NCBI RefSeq assembly: GCF_964355755.1
Contig: NC_092670.1
Coordinates: 27,454,388 to 27,518,387, forward strand
DNA from: Antedon mediterranea
Taxonomy: Eukaryota; Animalia; Echinodermata
DNA: 64,000 bases
Reading direction: 5' to 3'
Shown here one piece after another: positions 9,600 through 22,400 of the stretch. The translations under genes and the position numbers were made by a program. Position 1 is the stretch's first letter. Every line of letters begins with the position of its first letter. The notes under the pieces are model-generated. The model had not been told where the DNA came from. It worked only from the letters and a program-made list of their open reading frames with translations, and made no database searches.

Positions 9600-11220
9600 C
9601 CAAATGCGATTTGAAGCTATTCTGTACACTTTACTGTTTTTTGTGAATAATTTTTGTCGAAATGCTCAAAATGGTCAAAAACGTTTTTAAATACGATATT
9701 AAGCTATTTTGTGCTCTTTGATGTTTTTGTGTGAAAAGTTTTATCGAAATGCTCAAAATGTTCTAAAACGGTTTCTAATGTGATTTTAAGCACTTTGATG
9801 TTTTTATGTTAACGAATTTTTTCGAAAATCACAAAATGGTCTAAAATGTCTCCAAATGCGATTTCAAGCTATTCTTAGCACTTTGGTGTTTTTATGTTAA
9901 CAAGTTTTTTCGAAAATCACAAAATGGTCTAAAACGTCTCCAAATGCGATTTTAAGCTATTCTAAGCAATTTGGTGTTTTTATGTTAACAAGTTTTTTCG
10001 AAAATCACAAAATGGTCTAAAACGTCTCCAAATGCGATTTGAAGCTTTTCTAAGCTTACTTTGGTGTTTTTATGTTTAGGAGTTTTTTCGAAAATCACAA
10101 AATGGTCTAAAACGTCTCCAAATTCGATTTGAAGCTATTCTAAGCACTTTGGTGTTTTTATGTTAACAACTTTTTTAGAAAATCACAAAATGGTCTAAAA
10201 CGGTTTCTAATGTGATTTTAAGCACTTTGATGTTTTTATGTTAACAACTTCTTTAGAAAATCACAAAATGGTCTAAAACGTCTCCAAATGCGATTTGAAG
10301 CAATTCTAAGCACTTTGGTGTTTTTATGGTAACGAGTTTTTTTGAATATCACAAAATGGTCTAAAATATCTCCAAATGCGATTTGAAGCTTTTCTAAGCA
10401 CTTTGGTGTTTTTATGTTTACAAGTTTTTTTCGAAAATCACAAAATGGTCTAAAACGGCTCCAAATGCGATTTGAAGCTATTCTAAGCACTTTGGTGTTT
10501 TTATGTTAACAAGTTTTTTCGAAAATCACCAAATGGTCTAAAACGTCTCCAAATGCGATTTGAAGCTATTCTGTACACTTTGCTGTTTTGTGTGAATAAT
10601 TTTTGTCGAAATGCTCAAAATGGTCAAAAACGTTTTTAAAAACGATATTAAGCTATTTTGTGCTCTTTGATGTTTTTGTGTGAAAAGTTTTATCGAACTG
10701 CTCAAAATGTTCTAAAACGGTTTCTAATGTGATTTTAAGCACTTTGATGTTTTTATGTTAACGAATTTTTTCGAAAATCACAAAATGGTCTAAAATGTCT
10801 CCAAATGCGATTTCAAGCTATTCTTAGCACTTTGGTGTTTTTATGTTAACAAGTTTTTTCGAAAATCACAAAATGGTCTAAAACGTCTCCAAATGCGATT
10901 TTAAGCTATTCTAAGCAATTTGGTGTTTTTATGTTAACAAGTTTTTTCGAGAATCACAAAATGGTCTAAAACGTCTCCAAATGCGATTTGAAGCTTTTCT
11001 AAGCTTACTTTGGTGTTTTTATGTTTAGGAGTTTTTTTCGAAAATCACAAAATGGTCTAAAACGTCTCCAAATTCGATTTGAAGCTATTCTAAGCACTTT
11101 GGTGTTTTTATGTTAACAACTTTTTTAGAAAATCACAAAATGGTCTAAAACGGTTTCTAATGTGATTTTAAGCACTTTGATGTTTTTATGTTAACAACTT
11201 TTTTAGAAAATCACAAAATG
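9600..11220 (+). repeat. Local higher-order duplication, period 949 bp
   Basis: Seen: the 2-bp insertion variant AAGCTTACTTTGG...TTTAGGAG occurs at 10052 and 11001, each followed by AAATTCGATTT and a 78-bp monomer. Confidence 0.75.
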
Positions 11221-12433
11221 GTCTAAAACGGTTTCTAATGTGATTTTAAGCACTTTGATGTTTTTATGTTAACGAGTTTTTTCGAAAATCACAAAATGGT
11301 CTAAAATGTCTCCAAATGCGATTTCAAGCTATTCTTAGCACTTTGGTGTTTTTATGTTAACAAGTTTTTTCGAAAATCACAAAATAGTCTAAAATGTCTC
11401 CAAATGCGATTTGAAGCTTTTCTAAGCACTTTGGTGTTTTTATGTTTACAAGTTTTTTCGAAAATCACAAAATGGTCTAAAACGTCTCCAAATGCGATTT
11501 GAAGCTATTCTAAGCACTTTGGTGTTTTTATGTTAACAAGTTTTTTCGAAAATCACAAAATGGTCTAAAACGTCTCCAAATGCGATTTGAAGCTATTCTA
11601 AGCACTTTGGTGTTTTTATGTTAACAAGTTTTTTCGAAAATCACAAAAGGGTCTAAAACGTCTCCAAATGCGATTTGAAGCTATTCTAAGCAATTTGGTG
11701 TTTTTGTGTAACCAAGTTTTTTCGAAAATCACAAAAGGGTCTGAAATGTCTCAAAATGCGATTTGAAGCTATTCTGTACACTTTGATGTTTTTATGTTAA
11801 CAAGTTTTTACGAAAGTCACAAAATGGTCTAAAACGTCTCCAAATGCGATTTGAAGCTATTCTAAGCACTTTGGTGTTTTTATGTTAACAAGTTTTTTCG
11901 AAAATCACAAAATGGTGTAAAACGTCTCCAAATGCGATTTGAAGCTATTCTAAGCACTTTGGTGTTTTTATGTTAACAAGTTTTTTCGAAAATCACAAAA
12001 TGGTCTAAAACGTCTCCAAATGCGATTTGAAGCTATTTTAAGCACTTTGGTGTTTTTGTGGAACCAAGTTTTTTCGAAATTCACAAAAGGGTCTATAATG
12101 TCTCAAAAAGCGATTTGAAGCTATTCTGTACACTTTGATGTTTTTATGTTAACAAGTTTTTTCGAAAATCACAAAATGGTCTAAAACGTCTCCAAATGCG
12201 ATTTGAAGCTATTCTGTACACTTTGCTGTTTAGTGTGAATAATTTTTGTCAAAATGCTCAAAATGGTCAAAAACGTTTTTAAATACAATATTAAGCTATT
12301 TTGTGCTCTTTGATGTTTTTGTGTGAAAAGTTTTATCGAAATGCTCAAAATGGTCTAAAACGGTTTCTAATGTGATTTTAAACACTTTGATGTTTTTATG
12401 TTAGCGAATTTTTTCGAAAGTCACAAAATGGTC

Positions 12434-15400
12434 TAAAACGTCTCCAAATGCGATTTGAAGCTATTCTAAGCACTTTGGTGTTTTTATGTTAACAAGTTTT
12501 TTTCGAAAATCACAAAATGGTCTAAAATGTCTCCAAATGCGATTTGAAGCTTTTCTAAGCACTTTGGTGTTTTTATGTTTACAAGTTTTTTCGAAAATCA
12601 CAAAATGGTCTAAAACGTCTCCAAATGCGATTTTAAGGTATTTTAAGCACTTTGATGTTTTTATGTTAACGAGTTTTTTCGAAAATCACAAAATGGTCTA
12701 AAACGTCTCCAAATGCGATTTGAAACTATTTTAAGCACTTTGGTGTTTTTGTGTAACCAAGTTTTTTCGAAAATCACAAAAGGGTCTAAAATGTCTCCAA
12801 ATGCGATTTGAAGCTATTCTGTACACTTTGCTGTTTTTATGGTAATTTATTTCGAAAATCACAAAATGGTCGAAAATGTCACAAAATGCGATTTTAAGCT
12901 ATTCTAAGCACTTTGGTGTTTTTATGTTAACAAGTTTTTTCGAAAATCACAAAATGGTCTAAAACGTCTCCAAATGCGATTTGAAGCTGTTCTGTACACT
13001 TTGCTGTTTTGTGTGAATAATTTTTGTTGAAATGCTCAAAATGGTCAAAAACGTTTTTAAATACGATATTAAGCTATTTTGTGCTCTTTGATGTTTTTGT
13101 GTGAAAAGTTTTATCGAAATGCTCAAAATGGTCTAAAACGGTTTCTAATGTGATTTTAAGCACTTTGGTGTTTTTATGTTAACAAGTTTTTTCGAAAATC
13201 ACAAAATGGGCTAAAACGTCTCCAAATGTGATTTGAAGCTATTCTAAACACTTTGGTGTTTTTATGTTAAAAAGTTTTTTCGAAAATCACAAATTGGTCT
13301 AAAACGTCTCCAAATGCGATTTGAAGCTATTTTAAGCACTTTGGTATTTTTGTGTAACCAAGTTTTTTCGAAAATCACAAAAGGGTCTAAAATGTCTCAA
13401 AATGCGATTTGAAGCTATTCTGTACACTTTGATGTTTTTATGTTAACAAGTTTTTTCGAAAGTCACAAAATGGTCTAAAACGTATCCAAATGCGATTAGA
13501 AGCTATTCTAAGCACTTTGGTGTTTTTATGTTAACAAGTTTTTTCGAAAATCACAAAATGGTGTAAAACGTCTCCAAATGCGATTTGAAGCTATTCTAAG
13601 CACTTTGGTGTTTTTATGTTAACAAGTTTTTTCGAAAATCACAAAATGGTGTAAAACGTCTCCAAATGCGATTTTAAGCTATTCTAAGCAATTTGGTGTT
13701 TTTATGTTAACAAGTTTTTTCGAAAATCACAAAATGGTCTAAAACGTCTCCAAATGCGATTTGAAGCTATTCTGTACAGTTTGCTGTTTTGTGTGAATAA
13801 TTTTTGTCGAAATGCTCAAAATGGTCAAAAACGTTTTTAAATACGATATTAAGCTATTTTGTGCTCTTTGATGTTTTTGTGTGGTAAGTTTTATCGAAAT
13901 GCTCAAAATGGTCTAAAACGGTTTCTAATGTGATTTTAAGCACTTTGATGTTTTTATGTTAACAACTTTTTTAGAAAATCACAAAATGGTCTAAAACGTC
14001 TCCAAATGCGATTTGAAGCAATTCTAAGCACTTTGGTGTTTTTATGGTAACGAGTTTTTTTGAATATCACAAAATGGTCTAAAATGTCTCCAAATGCGAT
14101 TTGAAGCTTTTCTAAGCACTTTGGTGTTTTTATGGTAACGAGTTATTTCGAAAATCACAAAATGTTCTAAAACGTCTCCAAATGCGATTTGAAGCTATTC
14201 TGTACACTTTGCTGTTTTGTGTGAATAATTTTTGTCAAAATGCTCAAAATGGTCAAAAACGTTTTTAAATACTATATTAAGCTATTTTGTGCTCTTTGTT
14301 GTTTTTGTGTGAAAAGTTTTATCGAAATGCTCAAAATAGTCTAAAACGTTTTCTAATGTGATTTTAAGCACTTTGATGTTTTTATGTTAACAACTTTTTT
14401 AGAAAATTACAAAATGGTGTAAAACGTCTCCAAATGCGATTTGAAGCTATTCTAAGCACTTTGGTGTTTTTATGTTAACAAGTTTTTTTCGAAAATCACA
14501 AAATGGTCTAAAATGTCTCCAAATGCGATTTGAAGCTTTTCTAAGCACTTTGGTGTTTTTATGTTTACAAGTTTTTTCGAAAATCACAAAATGGTCTAAA
14601 ACGTCTCCAAATGCGATTTTAAGGTATTTTAAGCACTTTGATGTTTTTATGTTAACGAGTTTTTTCGAAAATCACAAAATGGTCTAAAACGTCTCCAAAT
14701 GCGATTTGAAACTATTTTAAGCACTTTGGTGTTTTTGTGTAACCAAGTTTTTTCGAAAATCACAAAAGGGTCTAAAATGTCTCCAAATGCGATTTGAAGC
14801 TATTCTGTACACTTTGCTGTTTTTATGGTAATTTATTTCGAAAATCACAAAATGGTCGAAAATGTCACAAAATGCGATTTTAAGCTATTCTAAGCACTTT
14901 GGTGTTTTTATGTTAACAAGTTTTTTCGAAAATCACAAAATGGTCTAAAACGTCTCCAAATGCGATTTGAAGCTGTTCTGTACACTTTGCTGTTTTGTGT
15001 GAATAATTTTTGTTGAAATGCTCAAAATGGTCAAAAACGTTTTTAAATACGATATTAAGCTATTTTGTGCTCTTTGATGTTTTTGTGTGAAAAGTTTTAT
15101 CGAAATGCTCAAAATGGTCTAAAACGGTTTCTAATGTGATTTTAAGCACTTTGGTGTTTTTATGTTAACAAGTTTTTTCGAAAATCACAAAATGGGCTAA
15201 AACGTCTCCAAATGTGATTTGAAGCTATTCTAAACACTTTGGTGTTTTTATGTTAAAAAGTTTTTTCGAAAATCACAAATTGGTCTAAAACGTCTCCAAA
15301 TGCGATTTGAAGCTATTTTAAGCACTTTGGTATTTTTGTGTAACCAAGTTTTTTCGAAAATCACAAAAGGGTCTAAAATGTCTCAAAATGCGATTTGAAG

Positions 15401-16444
15401 CTATTCTGTACACTTTGATGTTTTTATGTTAACAAGTTTTTTCGAAAGTCACAAAATGGTCTAAAACGTATCCAAATGCGATTAGAAGCTATTCTAAGCA
15501 CTTTGGTGTTTTTATGTTAACAAGTTTTTTCGAAAATCACAAAATGGTGTAAAACGTCTCCAAATGCGATTTGAAGCTATTCTAAGCACTTTGGTGTTTT
15601 TATGTTAACAAGTTTTTTCGAAAATCACAAAATGGTGTAAAACGTCTCCAAATGCGATTTTAAGCTATTCTAAGCAATTTGGTGTTTTTATGTTAACAAG
15701 TTTTTTCGAAAATCACAAAATGGTCTAAAACGTCTCCAAATGCGATTTGAAGCTATTCTGTACAGTTTGCTGTTTTGTGTGAATAATTTTTGTCGAAATG
15801 CTCAAAATGGTCAAAAACGTTTTTAAATACGATATTAAGCTATTTTGTGCTCTTTGATGTTTTTGTGTGGTAAGTTTTATCGAAATGCTCAAAATGGTCT
15901 AAAACGGTTTCTAATGTGATTTTAAGCACTTTGATGTTTTTATGTTAACAACTTTTTTAGAAAATCACAAAATGGTCTAAAACGTCTCCAAATGCGATTT
16001 GAAGCAATTCTAAGCACTTTGGTGTTTTTATGGTAACGAGTTTTTTTGAATATCACAAAATGGTCTAAAATGTCTCCAAATGCGATTTGAAGCTTTTCTA
16101 AGCACTTTGGTGTTTTTATGGTAACGAGTTATTTCGAAAATCACAAAATGTTCTAAAACGTCTCCAAATGCGATTTGAAGCTATTCTGTACACTTTGCTG
16201 TTTTGTGTGAATAATTTTTGTCAAAATGCTCAAAATGGTCAAAAACGTTTTTAAATACTATATTAAGCTATTTTGTGCTCTTTGTTGTTTTTGTGTGAAA
16301 AGTTTTATCGAAATGCTCAAAATAGTCTAAAACGTTTTCTAATGTGATTTTAAGCACTTTGATGTTTTTATGTTAACAACTTTTTTAGAAAATTACAAAA
16401 TGGTGTAAAACGTCTCCAAATGCGATTTGAAGCTATTCTAAGCA
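12434..16444 (+). repeat. Tandem higher-order repeat, 2 x 1986 bp (23 monomers incl. 3 cassettes)
   Basis: Seen: identical ORFs at 12486/14472 and GTGGTAAG at 13881/15867. 3x252 + 14x88 + 1 - 3 = 1986. Confidence 0.92.
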
Positions 16445-19400
16445 ATTTGGTGTTTTTATGTTAACAAGTTTTTTCGAAAATCACAAAATGGTCTAAAACG
16501 TCTCCAAATGCGATTTGAAGCTATTCTAAGCACTTTGGTGTTTTTATGTTAACAAGTTTTTTCGAAAATCACAAAATGGTATAAAACGTCTCCAAATGCG
16601 ATTTTAAGGTATTTTAAGCACTTTGATGTTTTTATGTTAACGAGTTTTTTCGAAAATCACAAAATGGTATAAAACGTCTCCAAATGCGATTTTAAGATAT
16701 TCTAAGCACTTTTGTGTTTTTATGTTAACAAGTTTTTTCGAAAATTACAAAATGGTCTAAAATGTCTCAAAATGCGATTTGAAGCTATTCTGTAGACTTT
16801 GATGTTTTTATGTTAACAAGTTTTTCGAAAGTCACAAAATGGTCTAAAACGTCTCCAAATGCGATTTGAAGCTATTTTAAGCACTTTGGTGTTTTTGTGT
16901 AACCAAGTTTTTTCGAAAATCACAAAAGGATCTAAATGTCTCAAAATGCGATTTGAAGCTATTCTGTACACTTTGATGTTTTTATGTTAACAAGTTTTTT
17001 CGAAAGTCACAAAATGGTCTAAAACGTATCCAAATGCGATTTGAAGCAATTCTAAGCACTTTGGTGTTTTTATGTTAACAAGTTTTTTCGAAAATCACAA
17101 AATGGTCTAAAACGTCTCCAAATGCGATTTGAAGCTATTTTAAGCACTTTGGTGTTTTTATGTTAACAAGTTTTTTCGAAAATCACAAAATGGTCTAAAA
17201 CGTCTCCAAATGCGATTTGAAGCTATTCTGTACACTTTACTGTTTTTTGTGAATAATTTTTGTCGAAATGCTCAAAATGGTCAAAAACGTTTTTAAATAC
17301 GATATTAAGCTATTTTGTGCTCTTTGATGTTTTTGTGTGAAAAGTTTTATCGAAATGCTCAAAATGGTCTAAAACGGTTTCTAATGTGATTTTAAGCACT
17401 TTGATGTTTTTATGTTAACAACTTTTTTAGAAAATCACAAAAATGGTCTAAAATGTCTCCAAATGCGATTTCAAGCTATTCTTAGCACTTTGGTGTTTTT
17501 ATGTTAACAAGTTTTTTCGAAAATCACAAAATGGTCTAAAACGTCTCCAAATGCGATTTGAAGCTATTCTAAGCAATTTGGTGTTTTTATGTTAACAAGT
17601 TTTTTCGAAAATCACAAAATGGTCTAAAACGTCTCCAAATGCGATTTGAAGCTATTCTAAGCACTTTGGTGTTTTTATGTTAACAACTTTTTTAGAAAAT
17701 CACAAAATGGTCTAAAACGGTTTCTAATGTGATTTTAAGCACTTTGGTGTTTTTATGTTTACAAGTTTTTTCGAAAATCACAAAATGGTCTAAAACGTCT
17801 CCAAAATGCGATTTGAAGCTATTCTAAGCACTTTGGTGTTTTTATGTTAACAAGTTTTTTCGAAAATCACAAAATGGTCTAAAACGTCTCCAAATGCGAT
17901 TTGAATCTATTCTGTACACTTTGCTGTTTTGTGTGAATAATTTTTGTTGAAATGCTCAAAATGGTCAAAAACGTTTTTAAATACGATATTAAGCTATTTT
18001 GTGCTCTTTGATGTTTTTGTGTGAAAAGTTTTATCGAAATGCTCAAAATGGTCTAAAACGGTTTCTAATGTGATTTTAAGCACTTTGGTGTTTTTATGTT
18101 AACAAGTTTTTTCGAAAGTCACAAAATGGTCTAAAAAGTCTCCAAATGCGATTTGAAGCTTTTCTAAGCACTTTGGTGTTTTTATGTTAACAAGTTTTAT
18201 CGAAAATCACAAAATGGTGTAAAACGTCTCCAAATGTGATTTGAAGCTATTCTAAGCACTTTGGTGTTTTTATGTTAACAAGTTTTTTCGAAAATCACAA
18301 AATGGTGTAAAACGTCTCCAAATGCGATTTTAAGCTATTCTAAGCAATTTGGTGTTTTTATGTTAACAAGTTTTTTCGAAAATCACAAAATGGTCTAAAA
18401 CGTCTCCAAATGCGATTTGAAGCTATTCTGTACACTTTGCTGTTTTGTGAGAATAATTTTTGTCGAAATGCTCAAAATGGTCAAAAACGTTTTTAAATAC
18501 GATATTAAGCTATTTTGTGCTCTTTGATGTTTTTGTGTGAAAAGTTTTATCGAAATGCTCAAAATGGTCTAAAACGGTTTCTAATGTGATTTTAAGCACT
18601 TTGATGTTTTTATGTTAACGAGTTTTTTCGAAAATCACAAAATGGTCTAAAATGTCTCCAAATGCGATTTCAAGCTATTCTTAGCACTTTGGTGTTTTTA
18701 TGTTAACAACTTTTTTAGAAAATTACAAAATGGTCTAAAACGTCTCCAAATGCGATTTGAAGCAATTCTAAGCACTTTGGTGTTTTTTATGTTAACAATT
18801 TTTTCGAAAATCACAAAATGGTCTAAAACGTCTCCAAAATGCGATTTGAAGCTATTCTAAGCACTTTGGTGTTTTTATGTTAACAAGTTTTTTCGAAAAT
18901 CACAAAATGGTATAAAACGTCTCCAAATGCGATTTTAAGGTATTTTAAGCACTTTGATGTTTTTATGTTAACGAGTTTTTTCGAAAATCACAAAATGGTC
19001 TAAAACGTCTCCAAATGCGATTTGAAACTATTCTAAGCACTTTGGTGTTTTTATGTTAACAAGTTTTTTCGAAAATCACAAAATGGTATAAAACGTCTCC
19101 AAATGCGATTTTAAGCTATTCTAAGCACTTTTGTGTTTTTATGTTAACAAGTTTTTTCGAAAATCACAAAATGGTCTAAAATGTCTCAAAATGCGATTTG
19201 AAGCTATTCTGTACACTTTGATGTTTTTATGTTAACAAGTTTTTCGAAAGTCACAAAATGGTCTAAAACGTCTCCAAATGCGATTTGAAGCTATTTTAAG
19301 CACTTTGGTGTTTTTGTGTAACCAAGTTTTTTCGAAAATCACAAAAGGGTCTAAATGTCTCAAAATGCGATTTGAAGCTATTCTGTACACTTTGATGTTT

Positions 19401-22400
19401 TTATGTTAACAAGTTTTTTCGAAAGTCACAAAATGGTCTAAAACGTATCCAAATGCGATTTGAAGCAATTCTAAGCACTTTGGTGTTTTTATGTTAACAA
19501 GTTTTTTCGAAAATCACAAAATGGTCTAAAACGTCTCCAAATGCGATTTGAAGCTATTCTGTACACTTTACTGTTTTTTGTGAATAATTTTTGTCGAAAT
19601 GCTCAAAATGGTCAAAAACGTTTTTAAATACGATATTAAGCTATTTTGTGCTCTTTGATGTTTTTGTGTGAAAAGTTTTATCGAAATGCTCAAAATGGTC
19701 TAAAACGGTTTCTAATGTGATTTTAAGCACTTTGATGTTTTTATGTTAACAACTTTTTTAGAAAATCACAAAATGGTCTAAAATGTCTCCAAATGCGATT
19801 TCAAGCTATTCTTAGCACTTTGGTGTTTTTATGTTAAAAAGTTTTTTCGAAAATCACAAAATGGTCTAAAACGTCTCCAAATGCGATTTGAAGCTATTCT
19901 AAGCAATTTGGTGTTTTTATGTTAACAACTTTTTTCGAAAATCACAAAATTGTCTAAAACGTCTCCAAATGCGATTTGAAGCTATTCTAAGCACTTTGGT
20001 GTTTTTATGTTAACAACTTTTTTAGAAAATCACAAAATGGTCTAAAACGGTTTCTAATGTGATTTTAAGCACTTTGATGTTTTTATGTTAACAACTTTTT
20101 TAGAAAATCACAAAATGGTCTAAAACGTCTCCAAATGCGATTTGAAGCAATTCTAAGCACTTTGGTGTTTTTATGGTAACGAGTTTTTTTGAATATCACA
20201 AAATGGTCTAAAATGTCTCCAAATGCGATTTGAAGCTTTTCTAAGCACTTTGGTGTTTTTATGTTTACAAGTTTTTTCGAAAATCACAAAATGGTCTAAA
20301 ACGGCTCCAAATGCGATTTGAAGCTATTTTAAGCACTTTGCTGTTTTCTGTGAATAATTTTTGTCAAAATGCTCAAAATGGTCAAAAACGTTTTTAATAC
20401 TATATTAAGCTATTTTGTGCTCTTTGATGTTTTTGTGTGAAAAGTTTTATCGAAATGCTCAAAATGGTCTAAAACGGTTTCTAATGTGATTTTAAGCACT
20501 TTGATGTTTTTATGTTAACAACTTTTTTAGAAAATTAAAATTACAAAATGGTGTAAAACGTCTCCAAATGCGATTTGAAGCTATTCTAAGCAATTTGGTG
20601 TTTTTATGTTAACAAGTTTTTTCGAAAATCACAAAATGGTCTAAAACGTCTCCAAATGCGATCTGAAGCTATTCTAAGCACTTTTGTGTTTTTATGTTAA
20701 CAAGTTTTTTCGAAAATCACAAAATGGTCTAAAATGTCTCCAAATGCGATTTGAAGCTTTTCTAAGCACTTTGGTGTTTTTATGTTTACAAGTTTTTTTC
20801 GAAAATCACAAAATGGTCTAAAACGTCTCCAAATGCGATTTGAAGCTATTCTGTACACTTTGCTGTTTTGTGTGAATAATTTTTGTCAAAATTCTCAAAA
20901 TGGTCAAAAACGTTTTTAAATACTATATTAAGCTATTTTGTGTTCTTTGATGTTTTTGTGTGAAAAGTTTTTTCGAAATGCTCAAAATGGTCTAAAACGG
21001 TTTCTAATGTGATTTTAAGCACTTTGATGTTTTTATGTTAACAACTTTTTTAGAAAATTACAAAATGGTCTAAAACGTCTCCAAATGCGATTTGAAGCAA
21101 TTCTAAGCACTTTGGTGTTTTTTATGTTAACAGGTTTTTTCGAAAATCACAAAATGGTCTAAAACGTCTCCAAAATGCGATTTGAAGCTATTCGAAGCAC
21201 TTTGGTGTTTTTATGTTAACAAGTTTTTTCGAAAATCACAAAATGGTATAAAACGTCTCCAAATGCGATTTTAAGGTATTTTAAGCACTTTGATGTTTTT
21301 ATGTTAACGAGTTTTTTCGAAAATTACAAAATGGTCTAAAACGTCTCCAAATGCGATTTGAAGCTATTTTAAGCACTTTGGTGTTTTTGTGTAACCAAGT
21401 TTTTTCGAAAATCACAAAAGGGTCTAAAATGTCTCAAAATGCGATTTGAAGCTATTCTTAGCACTTTGATGTTTTTATGTTAACAAGTTTTTTCTATAGT
21501 CACAAAATGGTCTAAAACGTCTCCAAATGCGATTTGAAGCTATTCTTAGCACTTTGGTGTTTTTATGTTAACAACTTTTTTAGAAAATTACAAAATGGTC
21601 TAAAACGTCTCCAAATGCGATTTGAAGCAATTCTAAGCACTTTGGTGTTTTTTATGTTAACAATTTTTTCGAAAATCACAAAATGGTCTAAAACGTCTCC
21701 AAAATGCGATTTGAAGCTATTCTAAGCACTTTGGTGTTTTTATGTTAACAAGTTTTTTCGAAAATCACAAAATGGTATAAAACGTCTCCAAATGCGATTT
21801 TAAGGTATTTTAAGCACTTTGATGTTTTTATGTTAACGAGTTTTTTCGAAAATCACAAAATGGTCTAAAACGTCTCCAAATGCGATTTGAAACTATTCTA
21901 AGCACTTTGGTGTTTTTATGTTAACAAGTTTTTTCGAAAATCACAAAATGGTATAAAACGTCTCCAAATGCGATTTTAAGCTATTCTAAGCACTTTTGTG
22001 TTTTTATGTTAACAAGTTTTTTCGAAAATCACAAAATGGTCTAAAATGTCTCAAAATGCGATTTGAAGCTATTCTGTACACTTTGATGTTTTTATGTTAA
22101 CAAGTTTTTCGAAAGTCACAAAATGGTCTAAAACGTCTCCAAATGCGATTTGAAGCTATTTTAAGCACTTTGGTGTTTTTGTGGAACCAAGTTTTTTCGA
22201 AAATCACAAAAGGGTCTATAATGTCTCAAAAAGCGATTTGAAGCTATTCTGTACACTTTGATGTTTTTATGTTAACAAGTTTTTTCGAAAATCACAAAAT
22301 GGTCTAAAACGTCTCCAAATGCGATTTGAAGCTATTCTGTACACTTTGCTGTTTAGTGTGAATAATTTTTGTCAAAATGCTCAAAATGGTCAAAAACGTT

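Noticed and set aside
10420-10435. Single-base homopolymer length variants
   Set aside because: Isolated +/-1 T or A changes may be sequencing error. I used them only when repeated in paralogous blocks.
10236-10490. 84-aa minus-strand ORF (and the related ORF at 56865-57071)
   Set aside because: It lies wholly in satellite monomers, and the peptide repeats itself (LRIASNRIW...RFRPFCDF) as frames cycle. It is open only because of chance stop-removing variants.
12486-14687. Two identical 71-aa ORFs
   Set aside because: Identity reflects the 1986-bp duplication. The F/K-rich translation of A/T tracts has no recognisable domain.
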